A stretch of 64,000 bases of DNA. Origin: a virus. Its lineage: Duplodnaviria > Caudoviricetes. The notes under the pieces are model-generated. The model worked only from the letters and a program-made list of their open reading frames with translations, was not told where the DNA came from and ran no database searches. The first letter of the stretch is position 1, and each line of letters starts with the position of its first letter. A program made the position numbers and the translations under genes. Location of the stretch: the IMG/VR virus record IMGVR_UViG_2738541308_000001, positions 1 to 64,000 of that record; one strand, written 5' to 3'. Shown piece after piece: positions 20,233 to 29,335 of this stretch.

Positions 20233-20745
20233 TCACGAACCGAACGGGCTCCCGAGGCTTCCGGCTCCGTTGCCGGGCTCAGTTGTCGGGGTACCAACCG
20301 TGAACGAAGTCCGAGCTAGCGTGTAGACGACTTTCCCGTCCCAGTCCTGGCATAGGGCCCCCGCCACGTATTCGCCGTCCCTGAGGAACGGAATCGTCAG
20401 GGTTTTCGTCTCGCCAGGCTGAAGGTAGGCGTACGACTCGAACGACGGGTTGTCGGCTGCTGTCGGGGATGCAGGATTGCCGACTAGCCAATTTCGTGGA
20501 TTGTTCGCCAGGTCGAGCAGTGGACTTGCGTCCATGAGTTTGGCGTCCTGGGCTGTGTGCACCCACGGCCCCTGGCAATTGCCGTTCCGGGTGAGACTGT
20601 CCGGCGCGTGAATGGTCACGACGGCCGAGTTGGTTCCAGGCTCAACGGAAATAGTGGCGGGCGTCGGCGCTGCCATAGCAATCGCAGGAACCGCGAGGGC
20701 TGCCGCTGCTGTGAGTGTGGTGATGGTCGCGAAGCGTTTAATCAT
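20233..20745 (-). CDS. Secreted protein (paralogue 2)
   Basis: Signal peptide ending AMA-AP; C.GPWVHTA shared with paralogue 1; C-terminal GSLGSPFGS. Confidence 0.8.
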   Translation of the reverse strand: MIKRFATITTLTAAAALAVPAIAMAAPTPATISVEPGTNSAVVTIHAPDSLTRNGNCQGPWVHTAQDAKLMDASPLLDLANNPRNWLVGNPASPTAADNPSFESYAYLQPGETKTLTIPFLRDGEYVAGALCQDWDGKVVYTLARTSFTVGTPTTEPGNGAGSLGSPFGS

Positions 20746-20902
20746 GCCGGCGATGTCCCTTCTTTGGATGAATCCAGAAAGAGTACCAATCGGTCGGCAT
20801 AACCGAACGGGAGTTGACCCCACTTGTCGAACAGGCGGAACGAAGAGAGTGCCCCCGGACAGGGTGATGTTGCCTGCCGGGGCTTCGTTCTCGGGTGAGG
20901 AG

Positions 20903-21151
20903 CTACGCGGCGTCCTTATCAACATCAACGTCATAGAACGCCGCGTAGGCGTTGAACGGCTCGATCACCTCAGTGATGTATCGAACGGCGATGTGGTGAC
21001 GGTCCGGCGAATACTCAGGCTGAACGACCGCGACCGCATCAGGGTGCTCGCCGCGGACTGCGCATACTCGCCCCGTCAGTGACGGGCCGTTCGCAATCGT
21101 AAGTTCAACTCGGATGTTCTTAGCTGCGGCATAGGTGAGGAAATTCAACAT
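20903..21151 (-). CDS. Small protein, possible Sm/Hfq-like fold
   Basis: FL......VELTIANG.SLTGRV...HIAVRYITEV pattern. Confidence 0.5.
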   Translation of the reverse strand: MLNFLTYAAAKNIRVELTIANGPSLTGRVCAVRGEHPDAVAVVQPEYSPDRHHIAVRYITEVIEPFNAYAAFYDVDVDKDAA

Positions 21152-21304
21152 GTGGCGGTGCTCCTGGGTTGTCTCACTGATGTCGACGGCCGGTCGCCGT
21201 CGCTGCGCCGAGACTACACACACTCAACGCTCTACGGCAACCAAGGAAGCATCGAAAGATGTTCTGGTAGTTAGTGTTTGACACTTCCCTGGCTGCTGGT
21301 CGAC

Positions 21305-21565
21305 CTACTCCGCAGGTTTGCAGTGGTTCGCATCGGCGACTTCCATCATCAGCTGAGGGATGAAAGTGTTGATATCCCTACCGAGGTAGGAAATCTCCTT
21401 GGCACGGAACCGTTCGGAGATGATAGCGACGTAGTCGTTCCACCACACCCCGAAGGCGGTCGCGGTGTCGTGCTCGCTACCTTCTCGGCCGGCGGCGAAC
21501 GCTGCCCGTGCCATTGCCTTGTGCTTCTGCATCACGAAGCGGACTTGACTCTCGCTCATCACCAA
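21305..21565 (-). CDS. Hypothetical protein
   Basis: End of the leftward operon; overlap with upstream gene. Confidence 0.55.
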   Translation of the reverse strand: MVMSESQVRFVMQKHKAMARAAFAAGREGSEHDTATAFGVWWNDYVAIISERFRAKEISYLGRDINTFIPQLMMEVADANHCKPAE

Positions 21566-21846
21566 TCACCGTCTTCGTATTCGTCAGGCGGAATCGGTGT
21601 GACGGTGAAGCGTTCGTCTTCGATCTTGGTTTCGGTTCCGTCCTCGTGCAGGATGCTGCTGTCATAACTGGCTTCGACTTCTATGTCGTGAATCTTCTCG
21701 ATGCCAAAGTCTCGGAGCGGGTTACCTTTACCGACCGTGATTCGGAGGTTCGGCCCCCACTTCGCTTTCCATTGCTCGTGGCTGTCGGCGATCTTCTGCA
21801 GGATCTTCACCAGTAGCTCAGCCTGGCTGTCGGTGTAGTCGCTCAT
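21559..21846 (-). CDS. Hypothetical protein
   Basis: ATG overlapping the upstream stop. Confidence 0.55.
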   Translation of the reverse strand: MSDYTDSQAELLVKILQKIADSHEQWKAKWGPNLRITVGKGNPLRDFGIEKIHDIEVEASYDSSILHEDGTETKIEDERFTVTPIPPDEYEDGDW

Positions 21847-22436
21847 GACTCCCCGTCCAAAGCTGTGCCGATGAGTCGTGCTGCTCCCCACTGCGCTATG
21901 AGATTTCCGCCGCGCAGGAATAGGTCACCTTTCAGCGCTTCCACCCTGGCGATCGTGGCGTGCGCAGTAGCAAGTGCGGCATCTTGGACCGCCAGCGCTC
22001 GCCGAAGATCCTCAATCACCAATCGGCTCGGGACTTCACGCTCGGCTTCGAGTTCCGCTACCCGAACGATCAAACGTTGGACTTCCTGCTGAGCGACGCC
22101 GATCATTTCCCACACCGGCTCGGGTGGCCGTTCCTCTTCGTCCCAGCATTCGATCTCGGACTGTGCCATGTGGCCGATCATGTGTTCAAGCGCGGCGTAC
22201 GTTGTGGGCCGTTCGTAGGTGAAGCCGGTCGGAGTCGTCTTCGGCCATCCGTGCAGCCCGTTGGTGCGCTGCTCCACCACCAACTTGAAGGCAGCCGAGT
22301 TACGGAGGTCGGCAAGAGCTGCAACGTAGCCCGCGTCATAGTTGTCTTCCTCATGGTTCGGAGCAGGTGCATCCGTGATGAGTTCCGTCAGGTGCGCTGC
22401 GATGAGGTCGGTCAACCTCGGATCAGGCGCGGTCAC
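21843..22436 (-). CDS. Hypothetical coiled-coil phage protein
   Basis: Operonic overlaps; RVAELEAE. Confidence 0.6.
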   Translation of the reverse strand: MTAPDPRLTDLIAAHLTELITDAPAPNHEEDNYDAGYVAALADLRNSAAFKLVVEQRTNGLHGWPKTTPTGFTYERPTTYAALEHMIGHMAQSEIECWDEEERPPEPVWEMIGVAQQEVQRLIVRVAELEAEREVPSRLVIEDLRRALAVQDAALATAHATIARVEALKGDLFLRGGNLIAQWGAARLIGTALDGES

Positions 22437-22627
22437 GACGACACCCCTTCCGGCTTCGCTGGAGTGACATCGTCAATCCGAACTTGTACGGCCACCGCCA
22501 GCCGACCCTCGCGCCGTGCGTACAGCCAATTCCTCGTGATGCGCGTGACTTTGAGTGGTGGACCAATTGGACCGAACATCACTTCCGGCTTGAGGTCTAC
22601 GAGGTCGCCAACCTTGATCTCGCTCAT
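22433..22627 (-). CDS. Small SH3/KOW-like protein
   Basis: MSEIKVGDLVDLK. Confidence 0.5.
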   Translation of the reverse strand: MSEIKVGDLVDLKPEVMFGPIGPPLKVTRITRNWLYARREGRLAVAVQVRIDDVTPAKPEGVSS

Positions 22628-22629
22628 GC

Positions 22630-23934
22630 TCACCCCTCCACGGCCGCAACGAACGGGGCGAGAGTTCCGACAGGTGCGCCGTTCCACAGCCTGTGGTCGC
22701 CGTTGGGAGTGATCCGGTACCCCAACGCGGTCTTGACGATGTAGCTCGGACCGGTATATCCAGCGGGCCGGAATGCAGCGCCAATCGGGATCTCTTCCAC
22801 TGTTGCCCACTCGGTTTCGTTGGGGGCGGGTGTGTCGGCTCGTTTGGTGTTGTCGAGGGCGACGGCAAGCGCAAATGCACTCTCGGCAGCCCGATCAAGC
22901 TCAGCGACAGGAACTTCCTGGTAGATCGCGCCCTCGTTCTCGTCGAGGAAGTAGAGGCGGTACTCGTTGATTCCGGCGCGCACACCTCGTTCGAACTCGG
23001 TTTCGGTGGGGGCAGGGACAACCGGCGAGGAGGTGTACGGGATGCGTAGCGCCCAGAATCCGTCGCCACGATCAATCCATTCACCGACCGAAATGCTTGC
23101 GCCCTGAGGGTTCTCCACCTCCACGAATCGCCCCGAGTCGTGCGACGGTGGGCCATCGAACACGATGTCGATGAACTCGCCCTCCTTTGCCGTCGTAGGT
23201 GTTGCGACTTGCTTCTCACCGAAGAGTGTTGGGCGGTAGTGCCCATAGGTGCGGGGCTGGTCCGGATTGAATGAGTCGTCGCGGACGATGAAGCCGCCCT
23301 TGACCAGTGATTCGATGTCCTCAGTCCAGTAGCGCCAGGCCCAACCATCAGGCTTACTGGTCGCGCTGGAGGCGGCGATGCTGCGGAGTGTGAGCAGCTG
23401 CTCGTCGGTCAACGCCTCCGCTTTCGTCTCCTCCTCGGCGGGTTCACCAGGGGCGGGTGGGTCGATGTGGTGATGTGCAGTGTGTCCGTCTCGACGTTTG
23501 CACTGAAGGCAGCCATGTTGCTCGGTTTCCGCATAGAAGTCGCAACGCTCCTCGTCGGCGGGTTCCGTTGCCGGGAACAGGGCAGGTGGCAGTAGCGGAT
23601 TCTCGGGCCACTTCATCACGCCGAGTGCATCCCGTGACAATTCAGCGAAACGCGGGTCGGCTGCCATGCGCTGGTAGTGCGACCACTGTTCGGCGGTGAG
23701 TGTCATACCGCCGGCACGGGCGAGACGGCCAGCAGCGGTGAGATGCGCAAGAACAACCGCGGCCACCTCCTCCCATTGCGACCACCGATCGCATGTCACG
23801 GAGAGCTCTTCGACGAGGGCTGCAGTTTCAGGGGCATGTGTGGTGACATCAGCTGCATCGGCGCGCATCTCGGAGACTGCGGCTGCCATCTCCTGGCTGA
23901 TCCTTGTGAACTTCTCGATTCGGCTCTCAGTCAT
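22630..23934 (-). CDS. Multidomain mosaic phage protein
   Basis: Same linkers as 7643-9187 (EPAEEETKAE, SSPVVPAPTE); IVFDGPPSHDSGRFVEVE domain. Confidence 0.75.
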   Translation of the reverse strand: MTESRIEKFTRISQEMAAAVSEMRADAADVTTHAPETAALVEELSVTCDRWSQWEEVAAVVLAHLTAAGRLARAGGMTLTAEQWSHYQRMAADPRFAELSRDALGVMKWPENPLLPPALFPATEPADEERCDFYAETEQHGCLQCKRRDGHTAHHHIDPPAPGEPAEEETKAEALTDEQLLTLRSIAASSATSKPDGWAWRYWTEDIESLVKGGFIVRDDSFNPDQPRTYGHYRPTLFGEKQVATPTTAKEGEFIDIVFDGPPSHDSGRFVEVENPQGASISVGEWIDRGDGFWALRIPYTSSPVVPAPTETEFERGVRAGINEYRLYFLDENEGAIYQEVPVAELDRAAESAFALAVALDNTKRADTPAPNETEWATVEEIPIGAAFRPAGYTGPSYIVKTALGYRITPNGDHRLWNGAPVGTLAPFVAAVEG

Positions 23935-24150
23935 TTCGTACTCTGTCCGTCGTAGTTGATGGTTATCTACCTCGACACTAGACACCGGAGGTGTGCAGCG
24001 CCGCTTGTCGATTCACTCAGGGCTGAACCGCGCGCTCACGATCCCGACGAATGCAGCGAGCGTCGTACGCCAGCGCCCACAGCATCACCCGACCCCGCGC
24101 CCGCTGCTTCGCGCGCAAGTAATGCCACCGCGCCAACTCCGCGTAGTACC

Positions 24151-24420
24151 TCACGACAACCACCCCGCATCCTCACGGTCCTCGACGTACTGCCCGCCTG
24201 GGGGATGGTCGTACGCCGAGGCAAGCGCCGCCCGTACTGTCTCGGACGACGCCGCAGCCAGATTCGCATCCCGCCTCGCGCGCCAGTCCTCCCAATCCCA
24301 GCCAGCGCCCGCGTCGATGACGTACTCGGCACTCTTCACCGGTACGCCGTCCACGAACACATACACATCCGTCGGGCCGTCCGGATCCCGAACGACAATC
24401 GTTTCGATCTTCGCGCTCAT
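24151..24420 (-). CDS. Hypothetical protein
   Basis: VVRDPDG...IDAGAGWDW motif. Confidence 0.65.
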   Translation of the reverse strand: MSAKIETIVVRDPDGPTDVYVFVDGVPVKSAEYVIDAGAGWDWEDWRARRDANLAAASSETVRAALASAYDHPPGGQYVEDREDAGWLS

Positions 24421-24641
24421 TCGCCTGCCACCTCTCCGCTGCGCACGATCAACGCCGTGTAGTCGTACACATCGACATCGATGTCTGCGCGCGACTCAGC
24501 GTCGATGTCGATCGTCACGACACCGGAATCGTGCACGTACAAATGCACATTGACCCGCTTGCTCAGATTGGGGTCGCCAGCCGGAATGAGGGACACAACT
24601 GCCTCATTCTCGTTTGACGAAATCACCTCTACGTTCATCAT
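24417..24641 (-). CDS. Hypothetical protein
   Basis: RBS (aaggaacggagag) and overlap with the next gene. Confidence 0.55.
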   Translation of the reverse strand: MMNVEVISSNENEAVVSLIPAGDPNLSKRVNVHLYVHDSGVVTIDIDAESRADIDVDVYDYTALIVRSGEVAGE

Positions 24642-24747
24642 CGCTCTCCGTTCCTTCGTAACAACTTCCGTGCTGGAAGTGCAGGCTGCTCGTCTCGCAT
24701 CCCCATCCGATACGAGCAACCAGCGCCCCCAGCAGGGGGTTTCAACC

Positions 24748-24984
24748 TCAGAAATACGCAACCCAATGCGGCCACACACCCGGCGCAGGGCCGGCCGCGA
24801 CCGCGACGATCGGACGCCACGGACTCCACGGCGGCGTCCGGTACGCGTCAGGCTCGTGGCCCGGACACATCACCGCCTCACCATTGGTGACGGTCGGCGT
24901 CTGCACGCACTCGAAGTAATCGCAGTACGGCTGCGACAGCCGCACATGCGAGCGGACAATCGGCTCAACGACGCATTCATTCAT
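24748..24984 (-). CDS. Small Cys-containing protein
   Basis: RBS; CDYFEC...C..H. Confidence 0.45.
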   Translation of the reverse strand: MNECVVEPIVRSHVRLSQPYCDYFECVQTPTVTNGEAVMCPGHEPDAYRTPPWSPWRPIVAVAAGPAPGVWPHWVAYF

Positions 24985-25093
24985 GCTCGATTCCTTCCTC
25001 AGGGTTCACTGGCGAACTGTCGCGCGGTGTGAAAAGGTGACCGACGGGACGAACCCTGGCGCGTCGCTTGCGTCAGGGCTCCTCCCGCCGAAC

Positions 25094-25450
25094 TCACACA
25101 GGTGACGCGTCGAACTGCGCCGCGATCCTCAGCAGCCGTTCCTGCCACACAACCGGCAACGAGACAGTCTCGCCTTCGCCGTCGGTGGCCGTGAACACCA
25201 CGATCCCGTAGTACGCCTGCCACGTGTACCCGAAGATCCGCGCAAGAGCCGTTGCCAACAGGTTGACTTCCGGCTCGGCGACGCACAGACCTTCGTCGTC
25301 GATCCACATGTCGACCTCGTCGGGAACGAGCCGCACCACATCCACTGACCTGCAATCGATCTCGCGATAGAACCCCTTCAACGTGTCGTCGCCGAGGTCT
25401 ACCAGCGTCGCTGCGCCGTCAGTGTCAATCCGTACTGCCTGAACACCCAT
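25094..25450 (-). CDS. DUF3846 protein
   Basis: MWIDDEG...NLLAT...YGIVVFT..D.EG. Confidence 0.8.
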   Translation of the reverse strand: MGVQAVRIDTDGAATLVDLGDDTLKGFYREIDCRSVDVVRLVPDEVDMWIDDEGLCVAEPEVNLLATALARIFGYTWQAYYGIVVFTATDGEGETVSLPVVWQERLLRIAAQFDASPV

Positions 25451-25555
25451 GATCGGGTTTCCTCTCCACTCGGGGGATGACCTACCACCCGAAGTTCGGA
25501 CGGTAGGGGCTTGTGAACAGCCATCAGGGCTCGCCGGACGACGAAACAGGGGGAG

Positions 25556-25759
25556 TCAGGCGCCCACGAACAGACGGGCGCGCTTGAGAGAGTCGGAACT
25601 GTCGATCAAGTTCTGAGCGAGACTGTCGAGCGACTCACATGCATCGAGCAGCAACGCGGAATGTACGCACAAGACGGGATCGGTGACCAGCTTACGGAGC
25701 TGATCCTCGAGGGCCCGGACGTGGGACAGTGCAGCGAAATCTTCACGGAAGTCGGACAT
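25556..25759 (-). CDS. Small hypothetical protein
   Basis: aggag RBS; enclosed by a 26-bp inverted repeat. Confidence 0.65.
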   Translation of the reverse strand: MSDFREDFAALSHVRALEDQLRKLVTDPVLCVHSALLLDACESLDSLAQNLIDSSDSLKRARLFVGA

Positions 25760-25868
25760 ATCGTTCTCCTAAGGGGATGACGACGAGCCCAAAAAGCCGT
25801 TCACAACACGGGACATGAGCAACCATCAAGGGCTGCCGGCCGGAGAGGTTGGGTGTCGAGCGGGTGGA

Positions 25869-26168
25869 TCAGTAGTGGAACGCTGCGAACGCCTCGACGA
25901 CTTGCCAGTCGCCGTCGTGGACGTACTCGACGCTGGCACGTTCGCATGCGCGGTTGCGTGCCTTCACGTGCTGGTGGTGCTGCCCGGGGAACATGCCGGA
26001 CGGAAGGTCCTTCCATCGCGGCGTGTGGCCCTGGAGGATCTGAACGAGGTAGAACTGCTCATGCTCGTCGCACCGAGCGGGCACGATGTCGAATGCGGTG
26101 TCCGGTTCGGTGATGAGCATGAGTACCGCAACTGCGCCAAAGAGATTCGCGATCTGAGATGTGGGCAT
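25869..26168 (-). CDS. Small hypothetical protein
   Basis: aggagg RBS; enclosed by a 29-bp inverted repeat. Confidence 0.65.
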   Translation of the reverse strand: MPTSQIANLFGAVAVLMLITEPDTAFDIVPARCDEHEQFYLVQILQGHTPRWKDLPSGMFPGQHHQHVKARNRACERASVEYVHDGDWQVVEAFAAFHY

Positions 26169-26267
26169 GTTTCCTCCTGTGTGGGGGTGACGTGCCGACA
26201 ACCCTTAAAGGCTGCTCATGTCTGCTTTTCGTGCACCCTATGGGGCCACCGCCGGTGATGGGCGGGG

Positions 26268-26510
26268 CTAGGGCTTGACGCCCCACTCCCGCATTCTCGC
26301 GACGTACTGTCCGAGAAGTGCCGGTTCGTGTTGTGCGAGGAGCTGCTGATATGCCGACGGCAGGGCCAGTCCGTCCCGGAACTGTCGTTCCCGGAGGGTG
26401 CTGTGTACCCGGATTTTGCCGCGCTGGATCTTGTTGTGAAGCAACTGTTCTGGGGTGAGATGAGCGTTGCGCTCACGGGCTTTTTCTGCCAGGGTTGCGG
26501 TTGTTCGCAT
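26268..26510 (-). CDS. Small hypothetical protein
   Basis: ggaagg RBS; enclosed by a 23-bp inverted repeat. Confidence 0.6.
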   Translation of the reverse strand: MRTTATLAEKARERNAHLTPEQLLHNKIQRGKIRVHSTLRERQFRDGLALPSAYQQLLAQHEPALLGQYVARMREWGVKP

Positions 26511-26680
26511 AGGGGTGACCTTCCGTGAGTGGAGGGTGGTCCTATGGGGTGCACGAATGTGCTCACACTGTGGAGTTCTCAAGGATCATGGGGGAGCGGA
26601 TTTCACCCGACCAGATTCGGTGTCCGCACCCCAGCTGAGACTGGGGGGACTTACGGCCTTGCCGGCGGGCTTTCGTTGCC

Positions 26681-27087
26681 GGCTTCCAGTGGCCTTGTCA
26701 GTGACTGTCACTCACTGGCATGACCATAGTTTGCACTATGGGTGCATAGTCTGTCAACACTTGGGTTAGATCCCAGGTCAAGGGTGGTTTGTCATGCCCC
26801 CAGGTGGGAGCTAGGGGAGTGGCTACCCCCTGAGTGGTGGTCAGTATGGGCACTGCACTGGTGGCCCCCTGGTGGCCCCTGGGGGCTCAATTGCCCCTTG
26901 GGGTACCCAAGGGGGCAGGATGGCACTTTCTGGCCCCTTAAGGGCAAATAGGGGGCACTATGACCAAATAGCCAGAATTAGCCCTGAGGACTTGACACAC
27001 TATGCCCCCATAGTGTTACCTCAGTGCATGAAACCAGCTGCCCCACAACACAAAGGAGGTGAACCAATGACAATCAAACAACACCCC
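26681..27087. promoter_or_regulatory. Divergent promoter region 1, CpG-free, with CACTATG-N4-CATAGTG operators
   Basis: TTGACA on the - strand at 26752-26757 and on the + strand at 26992-26997, each abutting an 18-bp palindrome (26734-26751, 26998-27015). Confidence 0.8.
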
Positions 27088-27351
27088 GAAAGCCGACACG
27101 CCCACGCGATCCAGGCCTACCAAGCGATCCGAGACCTCGCCGACGCGCGAGCCCAACTCGACAATCTCCGCGCCGACGAAGGCCCGAGGTACGAGGCCCA
27201 ACTCGACGCCGTTGCCCGCGCCGAAATCGAACGCGCCCACTACGGCGACTATCCGGACACTCACAACCCGTTCTGGAACGCCGCCGACAACCCGTTCGGC
27301 AACACCCCGCGTCGACCCGAATGGTACGAGAACGACCCGGTAGACGCCTGA
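27067..27351 (+). CDS. Hypothetical protein, first gene of the rightward operon
   Basis: Strong aaggaggtg RBS. Confidence 0.7.
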   Translation: MTIKQHPESRHAHAIQAYQAIRDLADARAQLDNLRADEGPRYEAQLDAVARAEIERAHYGDYPDTHNPFWNAADNPFGNTPRRPEWYENDPVDA

Positions 27352-27468
27352 ATCAGGTGTCTACTATCCATCGCGACATCCGGTCGTCTACTATCCAACA
27401 CAACACACAGAAACCGGATAGAATGGCAATGCCCCTGGCAGGGCGAACAATCCGAGAGGACACCCACA

Positions 27469-27666
27469 ATGAACACCCCCAAAAACCGCAGAGCCCGGCA
27501 CACATTCCGGCCCACCGACAACCGCGAACCCATCGCTGTCGAAACCCTCGCGAACCGCATCCACCGCGAAACGCCGTTGCAGTCGTTCAAAGCCGACCAG
27601 CGCGCCATGATCCACGCCGAAGCACGGCGCAGCATGATCGCCGCAGGCAAGGAGCTGAAACTGTGA
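27469..27666 (+). CDS. Hypothetical protein
   Basis: RBS; overlap with next gene. Confidence 0.55.
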   Translation: MNTPKNRRARHTFRPTDNREPIAVETLANRIHRETPLQSFKADQRAMIHAEARRSMIAAGKELKL

Positions 27667-27986
27667 CCACCGCACTCGTCCGCAACGTCCACCTCACCGA
27701 CAACGAACGAGCCGCGCTCACCGAACTCGGCATCGACACCAACCAACGCGACGTCGCCATCACCATCACCGCCGACACGTCCTGGCTCAACCTCACCGAG
27801 CCACACGCATGGATCGCCGATTGGCACACCGGCACCGACCACACCGATCGCGACGACAGCGGCACTCTCGACGAACTGCCCGAGCGCATCCAGGCAATCA
27901 CCGACGACCCCGAGTTCAACCGGGGAGCCGGACTGTCCATCGAAATCTGCCGCTGGCACCTCTGGATCAACGGGCACCTGTCATGA
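27663..27986 (+). CDS. Hypothetical protein
   Basis: GTG start overlapping the upstream stop. Confidence 0.5.
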   Translation: MTTALVRNVHLTDNERAALTELGIDTNQRDVAITITADTSWLNLTEPHAWIADWHTGTDHTDRDDSGTLDELPERIQAITDDPEFNRGAGLSIEICRWHLWINGHLS

Positions 27987-28330
27987 GTCCCGAAACCTGC
28001 ACCCTCAACATCGAATTCGCCGAAGAGGTCTACCAGTACCTCATCGATCACCCCGACGAACACAACCAAGGGCAGTGGACGAAGACCACGCCATGCGGCA
28101 CCGTCCGATGCATCGCCGGAACCGCCTGCCACCTCGCCGGATACGAAATCACCCCTGCTTTCGGTGTCACCGGTGCGCTCGCCTACACAGCCCGCAAGCT
28201 ACTCGGACTCACCGCCTGGGAAGCCGACCGACTGTTCTTCCTCACCGACAACGAGGCAGCGCTGCACCTCTTCCGCGAATACATCGACCGCGCCGAAGAC
28301 GAACGCGACGCAGCCCTCGTCCAGCTATGA
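27983..28330 (+). CDS. Conserved actinophage protein (paralogous to 30146-30472)
   Basis: HPDEHNQGQW...CGTVRCIAG...ARKLLGL..EADRLF. Confidence 0.65.
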   Translation: MSPETCTLNIEFAEEVYQYLIDHPDEHNQGQWTKTTPCGTVRCIAGTACHLAGYEITPAFGVTGALAYTARKLLGLTAWEADRLFFLTDNEAALHLFREYIDRAEDERDAALVQL

Positions 28331-28764
28331 GCACCACCTTCGAGGTAGAAGCCGACATCAGCTTCGACGACCTCGTACCCGCACCCAAAGCCCCACCACG
28401 CACCGTCGGCCACGACCCCCACATCGTGGCCGACAACTACCACTGGCTCCACACCACAGGCCACCCCGAAGACGTCATCGCCGAACGGCTCGGACTCGAC
28501 CGGGAGACCCTTCGCAAACACCTCCGGACAGCCAACTACCAACCACCGCTTCTCGGCCGGAACCTCCACGTACAACGCACCATCGACCGACTCATCGCCA
28601 CACGGCAGCCGTTCACCTGTGAATCGCTCCCCGAAGGCGACAGCAAATACGCCACCAACTCACTAGTCCGGCTCGCACACAAACAGGGGCGCATCCGCAG
28701 GGCAGGAAAATCCACCCTCGGCTACATCCTCTGGGAAGCCACCACAGAACAGGCCAGCGCATGA
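28327..28764 (+). CDS. HTH DNA-binding protein
   Basis: EDVIAERLGLDRETLRKHL. Confidence 0.6.
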   Translation: MSTTFEVEADISFDDLVPAPKAPPRTVGHDPHIVADNYHWLHTTGHPEDVIAERLGLDRETLRKHLRTANYQPPLLGRNLHVQRTIDRLIATRQPFTCESLPEGDSKYATNSLVRLAHKQGRIRRAGKSTLGYILWEATTEQASA

Positions 28765-28927
28765 ACGCCAAACTCACAGCCGCGACCGCCATCGCGACCA
28801 TCGGCGCCGCACTCACCGCCGCATCACTCATGGAACTCGGCAGCGCACTCCCGCTCACAGCCGCCCTCGCAGTCGGCATTGCCGGCATCTTCGGCCTCCT
28901 CATCGCACTCACCGCGAGCGTGCCCCG

Positions 28928-29125
28928 ATGACCGACACAACCAGCCGCACCCCGAACGCCGTCCACGTCTGCGGCCCCACCGCCGCCCAGCACGAGGAAA
29001 TGATCACGGACCTGGCCTACGACCTGCGCGTCTGCGCCCGCTTCGCCACCGGCACACGACTCACCCCCGACGAAGCCCGCGCCATCGCCGACGTCCTCGC
29101 CAACCAGCGAGGGTGGGTCCGATGA
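28928..29125 (+). CDS. Hypothetical protein
   Basis: LTPDEARAIADVL motif. Confidence 0.5.
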   Translation: MTDTTSRTPNAVHVCGPTAAQHEEMITDLAYDLRVCARFATGTRLTPDEARAIADVLANQRGWVR

Positions 29126-29335
29126 CCCTCGAGGAACACGCCGAACACCTGATCCGGCAGGCCTACGACCTCGACCGCGAACCCGGCGACCCGGACTGGC
29201 CAGACCTGCCCGCCGACCTGAAATCGGCCGCAACCAACCTGATCCCCGCCGTCGTCGCGGCCCTGGAAACCAAACACCTCGAACCGGTCCGCTGACCGGC
29301 ATCGACGGCAAACCAACGAGAGGAATGAGCTGAGC

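Noticed and set aside
26742-27066. ORFs or N-terminal extensions in CpG desert 1 (and 52816-53316 in desert 2)
   Set aside because: No RBS, codon usage unlike the phage, and they overlap promoter/operator elements.
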